DNA of 64,000 nt from IMG/VR virus record IMGVR_UViG_3300044960_000113, positions 96,001-160,000 of that record, one strand, 5' to 3'. This stretch comes from a virus. The number at the start of each line of letters is the position of its first letter. Position 1 is the first letter of the stretch. Position numbers and translations under genes: made by a program. Positions 28,768-37,695 of this stretch are shown here, one piece after another. The notes under the pieces are model-generated. The model saw only the letters and a program-made list of their open reading frames with translations. It ran no database searches and was not told where the DNA came from.

Positions 28768-28986
28768 TTGATTAACCGATAACCAGGATTCTGTCTAGGA
28801 GTATAATTTATCTATGCCACAACCCGATCTCATAGGATGGAACTTACCTCGATCTATTTGTGTTGCACACTCAATCTTTCGATTTATTAATGGTACAAAC
28901 GACTATTAGTCTCCCATTAGTTCCAAGTGTGTCCTGAGTTTCCTCAACGGGTTTTAAAAACCCACCGCTATACTCTAGTTAATCAA
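28768..28986 (-). ncRNA. rnpB: RNase P RNA, minimised (~219 nt)
   Basis: P1 TTGATTAACT/GGTTAATCAA; P2 GAGTATA/TATACTC; P4 GAGGAAACTCAGGA/AATCCTGGTTA; GTGCAAC; GGTAAGTTCCA; 3' TAGATAAATTATACTC CTAG ACAGAATCCTGGTTATCGG matches the bacterial consensus. Confidence 0.88.
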
Positions 28987-28994
28987 TTCATTTG

Positions 28995-29067
28995 CTCCTC
29001 GGCCTGGGTTCGAACCAGGGACACACGGATTAACAGTCCGTCGCTCTACCAGCTGAGCTACCGAGGA
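28995..29067 (-). tRNA. tRNA-Asn(GTT), no encoded CCA
   Basis: ACGGA CTGTTAA TCCGT, G73 followed by CAA. Confidence 0.92.
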
Positions 29068-29071
29068 TCTT

Positions 29072-29147
29072 TGGTGCTGCCTGTCGGACTTGAACTGACA
29101 ACCTACTGATTACAAATCAGTTGCTCTACCAATTGAGCTAAGGCAGC
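29072..29147 (-). tRNA. tRNA-Thr(TGT)
   Basis: Canonical cloverleaf, CCA. Confidence 0.95.
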
Positions 29148-29184
29148 ATTATATATTTATTAATCTTTATTCTTAACAGAGAAT

Positions 29185-29213
29185 ATTATATCATAGTTTT
29201 ATTAAAAAGTAAA
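29185..29213 (-). promoter_or_regulatory. Sigma70-like early promoter for tRNA-Thr/tRNA-Asn/RNase P RNA
   Basis: TTTACT-17 nt-TATAAT. Confidence 0.7.
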
Positions 29214-29222
29214 TACGTTTTA

Positions 29223-29438
29223 CTATGATAACACTTTAGATTTTGTGTAAATATCTTTGAAATCAAATCTAACTTTTTTATATGCTAAAAGATGTCCGTC
29301 TTCTGAAATTGGTAAATTATTATTTTCCATAAAATCCCATAATTCATTGACAGATGAAGAACTTGGATTTTGTATTAGCAACTCTAAAAATTTTACGTAT
29401 CGCGATACGTCAAAACCCATTTTTAATATTGATAACAT
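29223..29438 (-). pseudogene. Fragment of an rIIB-like gene
   Basis: FLELLIQNPS..VNELWDFM..LPISEDGHLLAYKKVR.DFKDIYT is the conserved rIIB core; only 71 aa. Confidence 0.7.
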
Positions 29439-29591
29439 TTTTTATTAAAGAACCGTGAATTTCTTTTCCTTTGTAAAAAATTTTATCATCTCTAATTATA
29501 TCCTCTAAATATAGGAAAAACAATGAAAATATTATATCATAAAATCAATAAAAAGTGTTAATTATTTTTTATAATATTAATCAATAATATT

Positions 29592-31310
29592 TTATCCACA
29601 TTTACTAGAACCACATTGCATACATTTATGACATCCTTCTTGATATACAACCTTTTCACTTCCACATTCTGTACATTTTGCACCTTCAACTATTTCACCA
29701 TCTTTAATAAATGATGCTAGAAATTTTTTAATCTGGAAAATAAAACTTCCAACATAAACATCTTTAATGCTATCAAGTGTTGCAACAATATTTTTGATTA
29801 ATACTCCATGTCTAAGATTTAAAGAAATCATTCTAGCAATTTTAGAAGCATTATCATTTGATTTAATTTTTTCTAACACTTTATCTATATGCTCTTGTTT
29901 AATATTTTTTCTTTTTGCTAATTCTGTCAATTTATCAATAGCATCTAATGTTATAACATTTTTTTCATGATGATTTGTATGAACAAATAATGCAAATGGT
30001 CTAGTGCGTGTTTCATTCCAAACAACAGTTAGATACCATTTTCTTCCTTCAGCACGTAAAGTTTTCATTGATGCTTCTGCAGTTTCTGGAAGAATTACAT
30101 CATCTAAAATAATTTCCTCATCATAACCATTTTTATCTGTTTCTTTTGAAGATAGTACAGCTGTCATTGTACCTGTTCTGTATGTTGTTACACCTTTAAC
30201 ATATCCAGATTTATAAACATCTAAATAAACATTTTTAAAATCATCAAATGGATATTCATGTGGAACATTGACAGTTTTTGACATAGCACTGTCAACCCAT
30301 CTTGCAAATCCAACTAAATCATTAACATGATCTTCAACAGTCAATCCATTCAATGCAGTAACAGCCCATGGTGCTTTTGGATTCCATTCATTTTTTTCTT
30401 TTAAATATCTAACACCATAATCAGAACACGTAACCTCTTTAGTCAATCCTCTATTTTTATCGATTTTATAAACTATACCATTATGTTTTCCTTTAAGAAT
30501 TTCTTCATCACCTTCTTTTGTGAATTTAAAAATTTTTGTTTCATGCCACTCACCATCGTACCATTTAGGTGTTTCTTCAATCATATCTTCTGGAATAGAT
30601 GGAACAATAACCGTTCTTATATATTCTGGCATAAATATTGGTTCTAATCCACTAGATACAACATTTGCTAATATAGAAGTATTTCCTGTTGGTTGTATCG
30701 ATAATAATGAACTATTCCTAATTCCAACAGTTTTTAATTTTTCCATATATGATTTTGATAGACCTAATGATTGAATAAATGGATTTTCAGAATGTTTTTG
30801 TGGGTCACATAATTTAAACATTCCTTTTTCTTCTGCTAAATCAATAGATGACATATATGCACTTCTAGCTATGGTAGACATAACCTTTTCACGCAATTCA
30901 TGTGATTTATCAGAACCAAATTTTATTTTCAACATAAATAATGATGATGCCCAACCAAGAATACCAATACCAATGCGACGCTTATTTTTCATTGAATATT
31001 CATATTCAGGAAGTGGTGCATTAGATAAAGTATTAACATTATCTAAGAAACGAACAAGATAACCTGTATATTTTGCTATTTTTTTATAATCAAAATCTGT
31101 ACAATCTTCATTAATAAATTGAGTTAAATTTAATGAAGATAAACAACAAATACCACCTGGAGCCAACATTTGTTCACCACAATTATGAACTAAAATTCCA
31201 TTTGCAAAAAAATTATGATTTTTGGTAGTAGTTAAATCAAAAACATCTTGATTTTCAGTTATTTTTATAGATTTAATTTTTAATTTGCGGAGGTTGTTGT
31301 TTGTTTCCAT
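29592..31310 (-). CDS. nrdJ: Split-intein C part (43 aa) plus C-half of class II (NrdJ-like) ribonucleotide reductase
   Basis: KIKSIK..VFDL..HNFFANGILVHN|CGEQ; CCLSSLNL, RRIGIG, SIQPTGNTS, SSGLEP, SAMSKTVN, KGVTTYR, C-terminal Cys cluster. Confidence 0.92.
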   Translation of the reverse strand: METNNNLRKLKIKSIKITENQDVFDLTTTKNHNFFANGILVHNCGEQMLAPGGICCLSSLNLTQFINEDCTDFDYKKIAKYTGYLVRFLDNVNTLSNAPLPEYEYSMKNKRRIGIGILGWASSLFMLKIKFGSDKSHELREKVMSTIARSAYMSSIDLAEEKGMFKLCDPQKHSENPFIQSLGLSKSYMEKLKTVGIRNSSLLSIQPTGNTSILANVVSSGLEPIFMPEYIRTVIVPSIPEDMIEETPKWYDGEWHETKIFKFTKEGDEEILKGKHNGIVYKIDKNRGLTKEVTCSDYGVRYLKEKNEWNPKAPWAVTALNGLTVEDHVNDLVGFARWVDSAMSKTVNVPHEYPFDDFKNVYLDVYKSGYVKGVTTYRTGTMTAVLSSKETDKNGYDEEIILDDVILPETAEASMKTLRAEGRKWYLTVVWNETRTRPFALFVHTNHHEKNVITLDAIDKLTELAKRKNIKQEHIDKVLEKIKSNDNASKIARMISLNLRHGVLIKNIVATLDSIKDVYVGSFIFQIKKFLASFIKDGEIVEGAKCTECGSEKVVYQEGCHKCMQCGSSKCG

Positions 31311-31425
31311 ATAGCTTTTTCCTTTTTGTAACTTTCACAATAATCATTAATGTTGTCAATTATAATAATTGGTATATCTTGTTCTTTTTTTAACATCTAT
31401 GGAAGTTATAAACCTATGTGACATT

Positions 31426-32763
31426 TTAAATACCTATTAAAATATCGTCTGTTGTTAAGTCAGATGCATTAACATACCCACGATTTTCAGTATAGACTTT
31501 ATGATCTGGTGTTAATTTAATGACTGTAGAATCTTCTAATTCTAATTCGATAACATTAGCATTATTACGTGTTTTGTCGACAAAAGTTATATCTTCAAAT
31601 TCTGTATTTTGTGTGTCAATATTCATTGTTAATACTTTGAAGCTTTCACCAGATTTAAACCTTTTGGCCAACTCAAAAAATGATATTTCACCCTTATCTG
31701 TCGTGACTAAAGTATCACCAGTTAAACATGGATTTGTCGAATAAATTGTTTCAGCATAATTTAATGGATTAAAATAATTTGCACGATCTAAAAATAAAAC
31801 ACCTGGCTCTGCGCGATTATATGTTGATTCCATAATTAAATTCCATAGCCAAGTTGCTGATACTGTTTGATACACTATTGTTGGATACCCAGCTGATTCC
31901 CATTGCTTAATGTCACCTTTCCATTCTTTTTTATATTTTGGATGACTTGTGTCTGGGAAACGTAAATTCCATTTATCAATTTCTTCTTTTTCTTTAATTA
32001 AAATTTGTTTATTTTCATCATCATCTGATAATGAATCAATTTGTTTTTGTAATTCTAATGCTTTTATAACCTTTGACATAAATTCATCTGAACAATTTAC
32101 TGACATATTAAATTTTGTCAATCTTCCTGATGATTGTTTTGCTGTAATAAATTCTATAATATCAGGGTGCCAAACATCTAATACTGCCATCATCGCGCCC
32201 TTTCTAATTTTACCTTTCGCTTTTACATGTGTTGATTTTTTACCTGAACCAGAAGTAATAATATCAGATGATTTATCAAATAATTCCATATATTTTACAG
32301 CACCTGGCGTTTCAACGCCAATCCCATAAATAAAAGCACCACGCGGTCTTATCCAACTAAAATTTTCTCCCCATCCACCCTCACTTTTGAGTGTTTGTGC
32401 TTGATCATTTAATGTTTTAATAATATTACTTAATGAGTCTATATCATTATTTGCTCTAGGTGCAACAAAGCAATTAATAAATGTTGTACCTTTCCATTCT
32501 GTCCCAGCATTTGCATAAATTCTACCACCAGCAGTAACTTTAAATTCACTAAGCATATCATAAAATTTTTCGGTCCACTCGATACGCTTTTCTTCAGTTT
32601 CTTCTGCTGATGCTATTGTTTTTGCGACTCTAAAAAGAGTATCATCTATTGTTTTATCATTATAATCTTTGTATGTTGTTTGCCATATTTCTTCTGAAAA
32701 TTGATCTTGAAATTTTGTTGAATATTTTTTTTGAAGTTTTTGTTTAAGTGTATTGAAATCCAT
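31426..32763 (-). CDS. nrdJ: N-half of class II (NrdJ-like) ribonucleotide reductase plus split-intein N part (100 aa)
   Basis: AGGRI, INCFV, GGWGENFS.IRP, RKGAMM, HPDI, FNMSV, EPGVLF, STNP|CLTGDT, block B KLTPDH. Confidence 0.92.
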   Translation of the reverse strand: MDFNTLKQKLQKKYSTKFQDQFSEEIWQTTYKDYNDKTIDDTLFRVAKTIASAEETEEKRIEWTEKFYDMLSEFKVTAGGRIYANAGTEWKGTTFINCFVAPRANNDIDSLSNIIKTLNDQAQTLKSEGGWGENFSWIRPRGAFIYGIGVETPGAVKYMELFDKSSDIITSGSGKKSTHVKAKGKIRKGAMMAVLDVWHPDIIEFITAKQSSGRLTKFNMSVNCSDEFMSKVIKALELQKQIDSLSDDDENKQILIKEKEEIDKWNLRFPDTSHPKYKKEWKGDIKQWESAGYPTIVYQTVSATWLWNLIMESTYNRAEPGVLFLDRANYFNPLNYAETIYSTNPCLTGDTLVTTDKGEISFFELAKRFKSGESFKVLTMNIDTQNTEFEDITFVDKTRNNANVIELELEDSTVIKLTPDHKVYTENRGYVNASDLTTDDILIGI

Positions 32764-32890
32764 CTTTTCTCCTATTTAATCTTTGTATGTTGTTTGCCAT
32801 ATTTCTTCTGAAAATTGATCTTGAAATTTTGTTGAATATTTTTTTTGAAGTTTTTGTTTAAGTGTATTGAAATCCATCTTTTCTCCTATT
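32663..32890. repeat. Perfect 114-bp tandem duplication of the nrdJ RBS and first 33 codons
   Basis: 32663-32776 is identical to 32777-32890. Confidence 0.95.
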
Positions 32891-32918
32891 ATTCATAATC
32901 ATGTGATTTCACAAAATT

Positions 32919-34160
32919 CTATAAAACCACTGGACACTTCAACGAAGCAGCCAATGTCGTACCGACCACTGGACTTATGACCTCTCTGTGTCTGTTCTCG
33001 ACTGATTCGGCCGAGTTTAATTCTCTTGCACCTCTTTTAATCCAATTGACAAGATCTCTAGAGGCTTCTTGTTCGATGTTCTTAGCAGCATTCAAGTCTC
33101 GATCATGCACTACACCACAGACGGGACATGTCCAACGACGGGCATCAAGCGATTTTTTACCATCATGATGACCACAAGTAGAACAAATTTGACTAGAAGC
33201 AAAGTAGCGATCAACCTTGGCAAATTCCTTGCCATACCAATTTGCTTTGTACTCAATTTTAGATACCAATGAAGACCAACTCGCATCCGCAATGTTCTTG
33301 TTTCGAGTCTTGTTCTTAGACTGCATCATACCTTGGATAGCTAGATCCTCAAGATAGATGTAGTCATAATTCTTGACAAGCCATTTAGAAAACTCATGTT
33401 GTAGGTGTTCTCGCTGATTAGAAATTTTCAAATATATGCGATTGACCTTCAACTGTTGCTGCTTGCGGCGATTGCTACCTTTTTGCTTCCGACTCAAATG
33501 CTGTTGTGCTCTTTTTAGTTTAGATTGGCTTTCTCTAAACCACCTTGGATTTGCTAGTTTGTGACCGTCACTGAGAACAGCCAAATCTTTCAACCCAAGA
33601 TCAATACCTACAGCACGATAGGTATTTGGTAAAGGTTCTGGTTTTGCTTCTTCCACCAGAACGCTTACAAAATACTGGTTTGCTTTGTTTTTCGAAACTG
33701 TTACTGATTTGGGCGCTCCACGGAACTTTCGATCAACAACCATTTTCATTGGTGTCATTTTTGTGAGCTTGATTGTTCCAGCATTTAAATCAAACGCCTT
33801 CATTCCACCCAATGATGCCGCGGGAATTTTGAATGAATCTCGTGATTTACCTTTACGTTTGAACTTCATTCGCCCAAGTTTAACTGCTCGTTTCTTGTTG
33901 AAGAATTGCTTTTTGGTTTCATCAAAGTCCATTCGCTTTTGCTGAAGTGCATAGCTGATGGCTTCGTTCAACCAAGGATATCTGGGATCATCTTTCAAGG
34001 TCTTTTCTGTGACCGTTTGGTTTGGTCCATCTTTAGACCAAGAATTGAAGTTAGCTACCAGTTGATTCCAGACAAAACGAACTGCACCAAAGTTCTGCAA
34101 CAAGAACTGCTCTTGTTCTTTGGTTGGATATAACCGATACTTGTATGCCATAAGAATCAT
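32919..34160 (-). mobile_element. tnpB: TnpB (IS200/IS605 family, no TnpA) RNA-guided nuclease
   Basis: AYKYRLYPT HTH, GIDLG, YLEDL, CSTC/CPVC zinc finger, DRDLNAAKNI; visibly higher GC than flanks. Confidence 0.95.
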
Positions 34161-34251
34161 TTTGCTCTGTATAAATAAAATTGTATGGGACAGCCCAGTT
34201 CACCTGTAGCTGAGGTTGGAGTTCCGCCTAAGAACTTCCTAACCATATATT

Positions 34252-34259
34252 TATTTATA
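34252..34259 (-). promoter_or_regulatory. Late promoter TATAAATA upstream of tnpB
   Basis: Exact motif followed by a structured leader. Confidence 0.55.
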
Positions 34260-34351
34260 CAAATAAGATCTTTGATCATCGCTTCTATATAATTTTTATA
34301 GGAATTTTATGGTTGTTGATTGAAATGTGAATTTAAATACAATATATCCTT

Positions 34352-35365
34352 TTATGATTTAAGAAAATCTATTATCTTTTTTGATACTTCATCAAATTGT
34401 TGTTTAACCTTTTGTGCTTTTTCTTTTCCGTATTCTGATGTAACTTTATCAAATTTTGTTGCTGTTATTGCTTTATCCATTTTCTTTCTATATATTGATG
34501 CAACTTTTTCTAAAAAATCATTTTCATCTGAAATATTTCTAAGTTGACCTTTATTATATGCATCATTTAACGTAAATGATTTTGCTAATCCTTTTATTCC
34601 TCTCGCAATATCTTCTATTTTAACATTCTCAAGATTAAAACCAGAATATTTTTTTAAATCATTATGAATTTTTGCATTTTTACCAACAATATTAATTAAT
34701 ATATCTATTAAAAATTCTTTAGGATTAATACTAATAGTTTTTAAATCTGCTTTTTGTGTTCTGAAAGGAACAACTATTCCATCTTTTGTTTTTTGTTGTA
34801 CTCCATAACCCTGAATTGATAAATTAAGAATTTCTGCTAATGATGATAATAAATTTCCATATAATGCACCTTTAACACCATGTTCAGGTTTATATCTAGC
34901 TTTTGCCCAATCTTTTGTATGTGTAAAAGTAAAGATTAAATCAACTTGAACATAATTATCACCATCTTTAATCATGATAAATTGTCCAGCTGTTTTTGAT
35001 TCTGGAACTGGGACAATATATGGTAAATTTGATTTTTCAACAAAATTTAAAATATTGTCATAATTTATTTTTACATTTTTATAATCTGATTTTGATTCAT
35101 CTTTTGGTATACTAATTAAACAATCAATATCACCATATTCTTTTTCAGGATCATCTTTATCATAATATGATACTGAACCAACAGGACCAATAAATTCTAT
35201 TTCATTGAAACCTTCTTTTTTTGCATACTTATTATATTTATCAAAAAATTTTTCAGTTAAATGTAATACTTTACGAACTAATGGTGGAGTCAATTTTGTA
35301 TTTTGATTGAGTGTTGTGCCCCAACCACCTTCTAATAAAGATAAAAAAGATTTAATAATTTTCAT
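34352..35365 (-). CDS. Pol-beta-type nucleotidyltransferase-like protein with Glu-ending leader
   Basis: GPVGSVS..YGDIDCL, YVQVDLIF; N-terminus MKIIKSFLSLLEGG. Confidence 0.55.
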   Translation of the reverse strand: MKIIKSFLSLLEGGWGTTLNQNTKLTPPLVRKVLHLTEKFFDKYNKYAKKEGFNEIEFIGPVGSVSYYDKDDPEKEYGDIDCLISIPKDESKSDYKNVKINYDNILNFVEKSNLPYIVPVPESKTAGQFIMIKDGDNYVQVDLIFTFTHTKDWAKARYKPEHGVKGALYGNLLSSLAEILNLSIQGYGVQQKTKDGIVVPFRTQKADLKTISINPKEFLIDILINIVGKNAKIHNDLKKYSGFNLENVKIEDIARGIKGLAKSFTLNDAYNKGQLRNISDENDFLEKVASIYRKKMDKAITATKFDKVTSEYGKEKAQKVKQQFDEVSKKIIDFLKS

Positions 35366-35623
35366 TTATTCAAATTTTTTTCTCAAAATATCTTTTGTTT
35401 TTTCTAATATTGATCTTCTTTCTGTACTTAAATTTTTACCAGCTCTATTAATATAGAAATTCAATGCACTCATGGCAGATTTTAAGTCTTTGTGTGAACT
35501 TTTTAACCAAGATGCTATATCTTCAGCTGAACCATTAGCAAATAAATTTTCGGGAGGATGCTTTTTTGTTTCTACATCACCAGACCACATTTTCTCAGAT
35601 AATAATTCTTTTATTAATTTCAT
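35366..35623 (-). CDS. DUF3175-like protein with MKLIKEL leader
   Basis: SAMSALNFYINRAGKNL..R..LE..K..LR. Confidence 0.75.
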   Translation of the reverse strand: MKLIKELLSEKMWSGDVETKKHPPENLFANGSAEDIASWLKSSHKDLKSAMSALNFYINRAGKNLSTERRSILEKTKDILRKKFE

Positions 35624-35879
35624 GATAATTTCTCCATAAATTTATAAAAATACTCTTAATTATTTATTAAATTAATTAATTTTTTTATACATTAAAATTT
35701 AATTACTATTTTAATTAGTATCAACAACAAGAATCAAACCTTGATATTAGAATCTCATTAGGAACAAGATTTCGTTCATTCGGTATCGTAAGTAGTATTT
35801 GGTTGGTTGGAATACATGTTTAATAATATATAATTATAATAATATACAAATTATTTAATACATATTATTTAAAATTTTT

Positions 35880-35969
35880 TGGGGTGTATGGCCGGACTCG
35901 AACCGGCTATATCCTTTAGGAACTGTGTTTCACAGACACAGGGCGCGACCACTTTGCTCTTCATACACC
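35880..35969 (-). tRNA. tRNA-His(GTG) with G-1:C73 and an extra variable hairpin
   Basis: GGTGTATG/CATACACC, TGTGT CTGTGAA ACACA, TCCT-AA-AGGA in variable region. Confidence 0.85.
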
Positions 35970-36030
35970 ATAGAAACTCTAGTTTTCTCTAGAGTTAAAA
36001 ATTTACTTTTTATATCAGATTTTAATAACT

Positions 36031-36105
36031 TGGCTAGGGCCCCCAGATTCGAACTGAGACTATCACTGTCAAAGAGTGAGGTGCTGCCAATTACACCAGA
36101 CCCCA
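36031..36105 (-). tRNA. tRNA-Gln(TTG)
   Basis: TCACT CTTTGAC AGTGA, G73, CCA. Confidence 0.92.
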
Positions 36106-36174
36106 ATTGTCAAAACACATTTTTCTTTTCAAAGATGATAAAAGTTTAAAATTTTTAATTGTTGTTAGTGTCTT

Positions 36175-36248
36175 TGGTTGTTCCTGAAGGTAACGCTCCT
36201 TCGTCTCACGATTATCAGTCGTGCGCTCTACTTTTGAGCTAAGGAACA
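36175..36248 (-). tRNA. tRNA-Ile(GAT), T-loop AGCGTTA
   Basis: CACGA CTGATAA TCGTG. Confidence 0.88.
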
Positions 36249-36306
36249 ATAAATTTTGATGGGGCTGCAGAGTACTGCCCCTGTCCTCCATCATTTTTTG
36301 TATTTT

Positions 36307-36381
36307 TGGTCGGCCCACCCAGATTCGAACTGAGAAAGATTGATTAAAAGTCAATTATGATACCAATTTCATCATGGGCCG
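36307..36381 (-). tRNA. tRNA-Lys(TTT)
   Basis: ATTGA CTTTTAA TCAAT. Confidence 0.9.
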
Positions 36382-36414
36382 AATGCTTTCCATTTTCAAT
36401 TGTAACATTATGAT

Positions 36415-36504
36415 TGGCTGTCCAGGCAGGGATCGAACCTGCGTAAGTATCTCTACTCTCTCCGCTTAACAGGCGGGGCCGTTACCAACTCCGGTCACTG
36501 GACA
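36415..36504 (-). tRNA. tRNA-Asn(GTT) with long variable arm
   Basis: CCCGC CTGTTAA GCGGA, variable GAGAGTAGAGATACTTAC, G73, CCA. Confidence 0.85.
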
Positions 36505-36627
36505 TCTATTTTTAATCTTTTGATCTGCATCTCGTGCAGCTTCTCCAGATTTCCGCCTATTTAAATCCATTTTTAATCTGGTGGATTTTGGCTCTCGTTA
36601 CCATTTTTACCAGTATTATAAAACAAC

Positions 36628-36657
36628 TTAGGGTCTAAACTTTCGTTTTGACCCTAA
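36628..36657 (-). terminator. Terminator-like hairpin after leader peptide
   Basis: TTAGGGTC..GACCCTAA followed by GTTGTTTT. Confidence 0.6.
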
Positions 36658-36690
36658 ATATATTTTTTGTGTTTAAGAGAATAATATTAT

Positions 36691-36795
36691 TTAGGGCCAT
36701 TCCCTATTTTGTTTATGATCAATAGTGCGAATAGTGACCTGTGCAGTTTTAATCTGCACTGTCTGTTTTCTATTTGTATTAATCATAAAAGCCAT
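36691..36795 (-). CDS. Putative 34-aa leader peptide MAFMINTNRKQTVQIKTAQVTIRTIDHKQNREWP
   Basis: GGAG RBS, manual translation, followed by hairpin and tRNA array. Confidence 0.55.
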   Translation of the reverse strand: MAFMINTNRKQTVQIKTAQVTIRTIDHKQNREWP

Positions 36796-36996
36796 TTTAT
36801 ATTACTCCATTTAAACATAAATCTATTTATTGATATTTCAAAAATTTTTAATAAAAACCCTAAAATAAGGTTTTTATTAAAAGTGATTATAATATTGATT
36901 TTCCCACAACAAGGTCTTTATCACACCTATCCTTTAGTCATTCATTATCATCACGACCATAAGTCAAACTGCAATTGAGTATGAACTGTATTTTTA

Positions 36997-37116
36997 AACT
37001 CTGCCCCCGAAGCTGTAAAGTTATAGTCGCTCCGATTTCTGCTCCCACAGCGGCCGATTTGTTGAATTGAGTACTGGGAGATACTCAATTTTTTGTCGGC
37101 CCTTAGCGACAGAGTT
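36997..37116 (-). ncRNA. Candidate structured ncRNA (~120 nt)
   Basis: AACTCTGTC/GGCAGAGTT closing stem, GGCCGA/TCGGCC, TTGAGTA/TACTCAA, GCTGTGGG/TTTACAGC; own promoter. Confidence 0.55.
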
Positions 37117-37136
37117 TTTATTTAAAATATGTAGAT

Positions 37137-37165
37137 ATTATATCTAATATCAAACAAAAAGTAAA
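37137..37165 (-). promoter_or_regulatory. Sigma70-like early promoter
   Basis: TTTACT-17 nt-TATAAT. Confidence 0.7.
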
Positions 37166-37277
37166 CAGTTATTTTGATAAATATTTTTATTAATTAATAA
37201 ATAGATTTTATATATTTAAAATTACTATATAAGAATAATATTCTAGGAGTCTCTGAGATCATCCTAGTGTCTCTGGA

Positions 37278-37622
37278 TTATATACTTTTTCTAATTTTAA
37301 CCCAATCTATTTTGTTAAATTTTCGCATATCACATTCCCCAGCAATTTTTAACATTTTAGAAAGAGTATATTTTTCATTATCAAAAAGACAATATGTCTC
37401 TACCGTATTAATATGAATAGGATTAATAATAATTTTACCTTCTGAAAATTTTGCTATTTGTTTAGAAGTTTCTATTAAAGAAACATATCCACCTTTCATT
37501 AATCTTAATGCAATTACAACAAATTCTCCCCTTTCATTATCATCTGAAAAATCAAATGAAAAATTAATTGTGTGTAAATTATTATCTTTAGTTTTACATT
37601 CAATAATCAAGTAAGCTTTCAT
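37278..37622 (-). CDS. Hypothetical protein
   Basis: ORF track. Confidence 0.5.
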   Translation of the reverse strand: MKAYLIIECKTKDNNLHTINFSFDFSDDNERGEFVVIALRLMKGGYVSLIETSKQIAKFSEGKIIINPIHINTVETYCLFDNEKYTLSKMLKIAGECDMRKFNKIDWVKIRKSI

Positions 37623-37695
37623 AATTTATATAAAAAATAGACAATATAAATTATCAAAAAGAAATAGACATAAACTATTAAAATTTAAAAATAAT

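Noticed and set aside
35712-35812. Highly decayed tRNA-like sequence
   Set aside because: Only a degenerate T-arm/acceptor resemblance; no anticodon arm; cannot be supported
36258-36292. tRNA 3'-half fragment with GGCAGTA loop
   Set aside because: No 5' half or anticodon; treated as debris rather than a gene
36997-37116. SRP (4.5S) RNA reading of the orphan RNA
   Set aside because: AGCAG is present but the CAGG-GNRA-AGCAG helix-8 arrangement is absent
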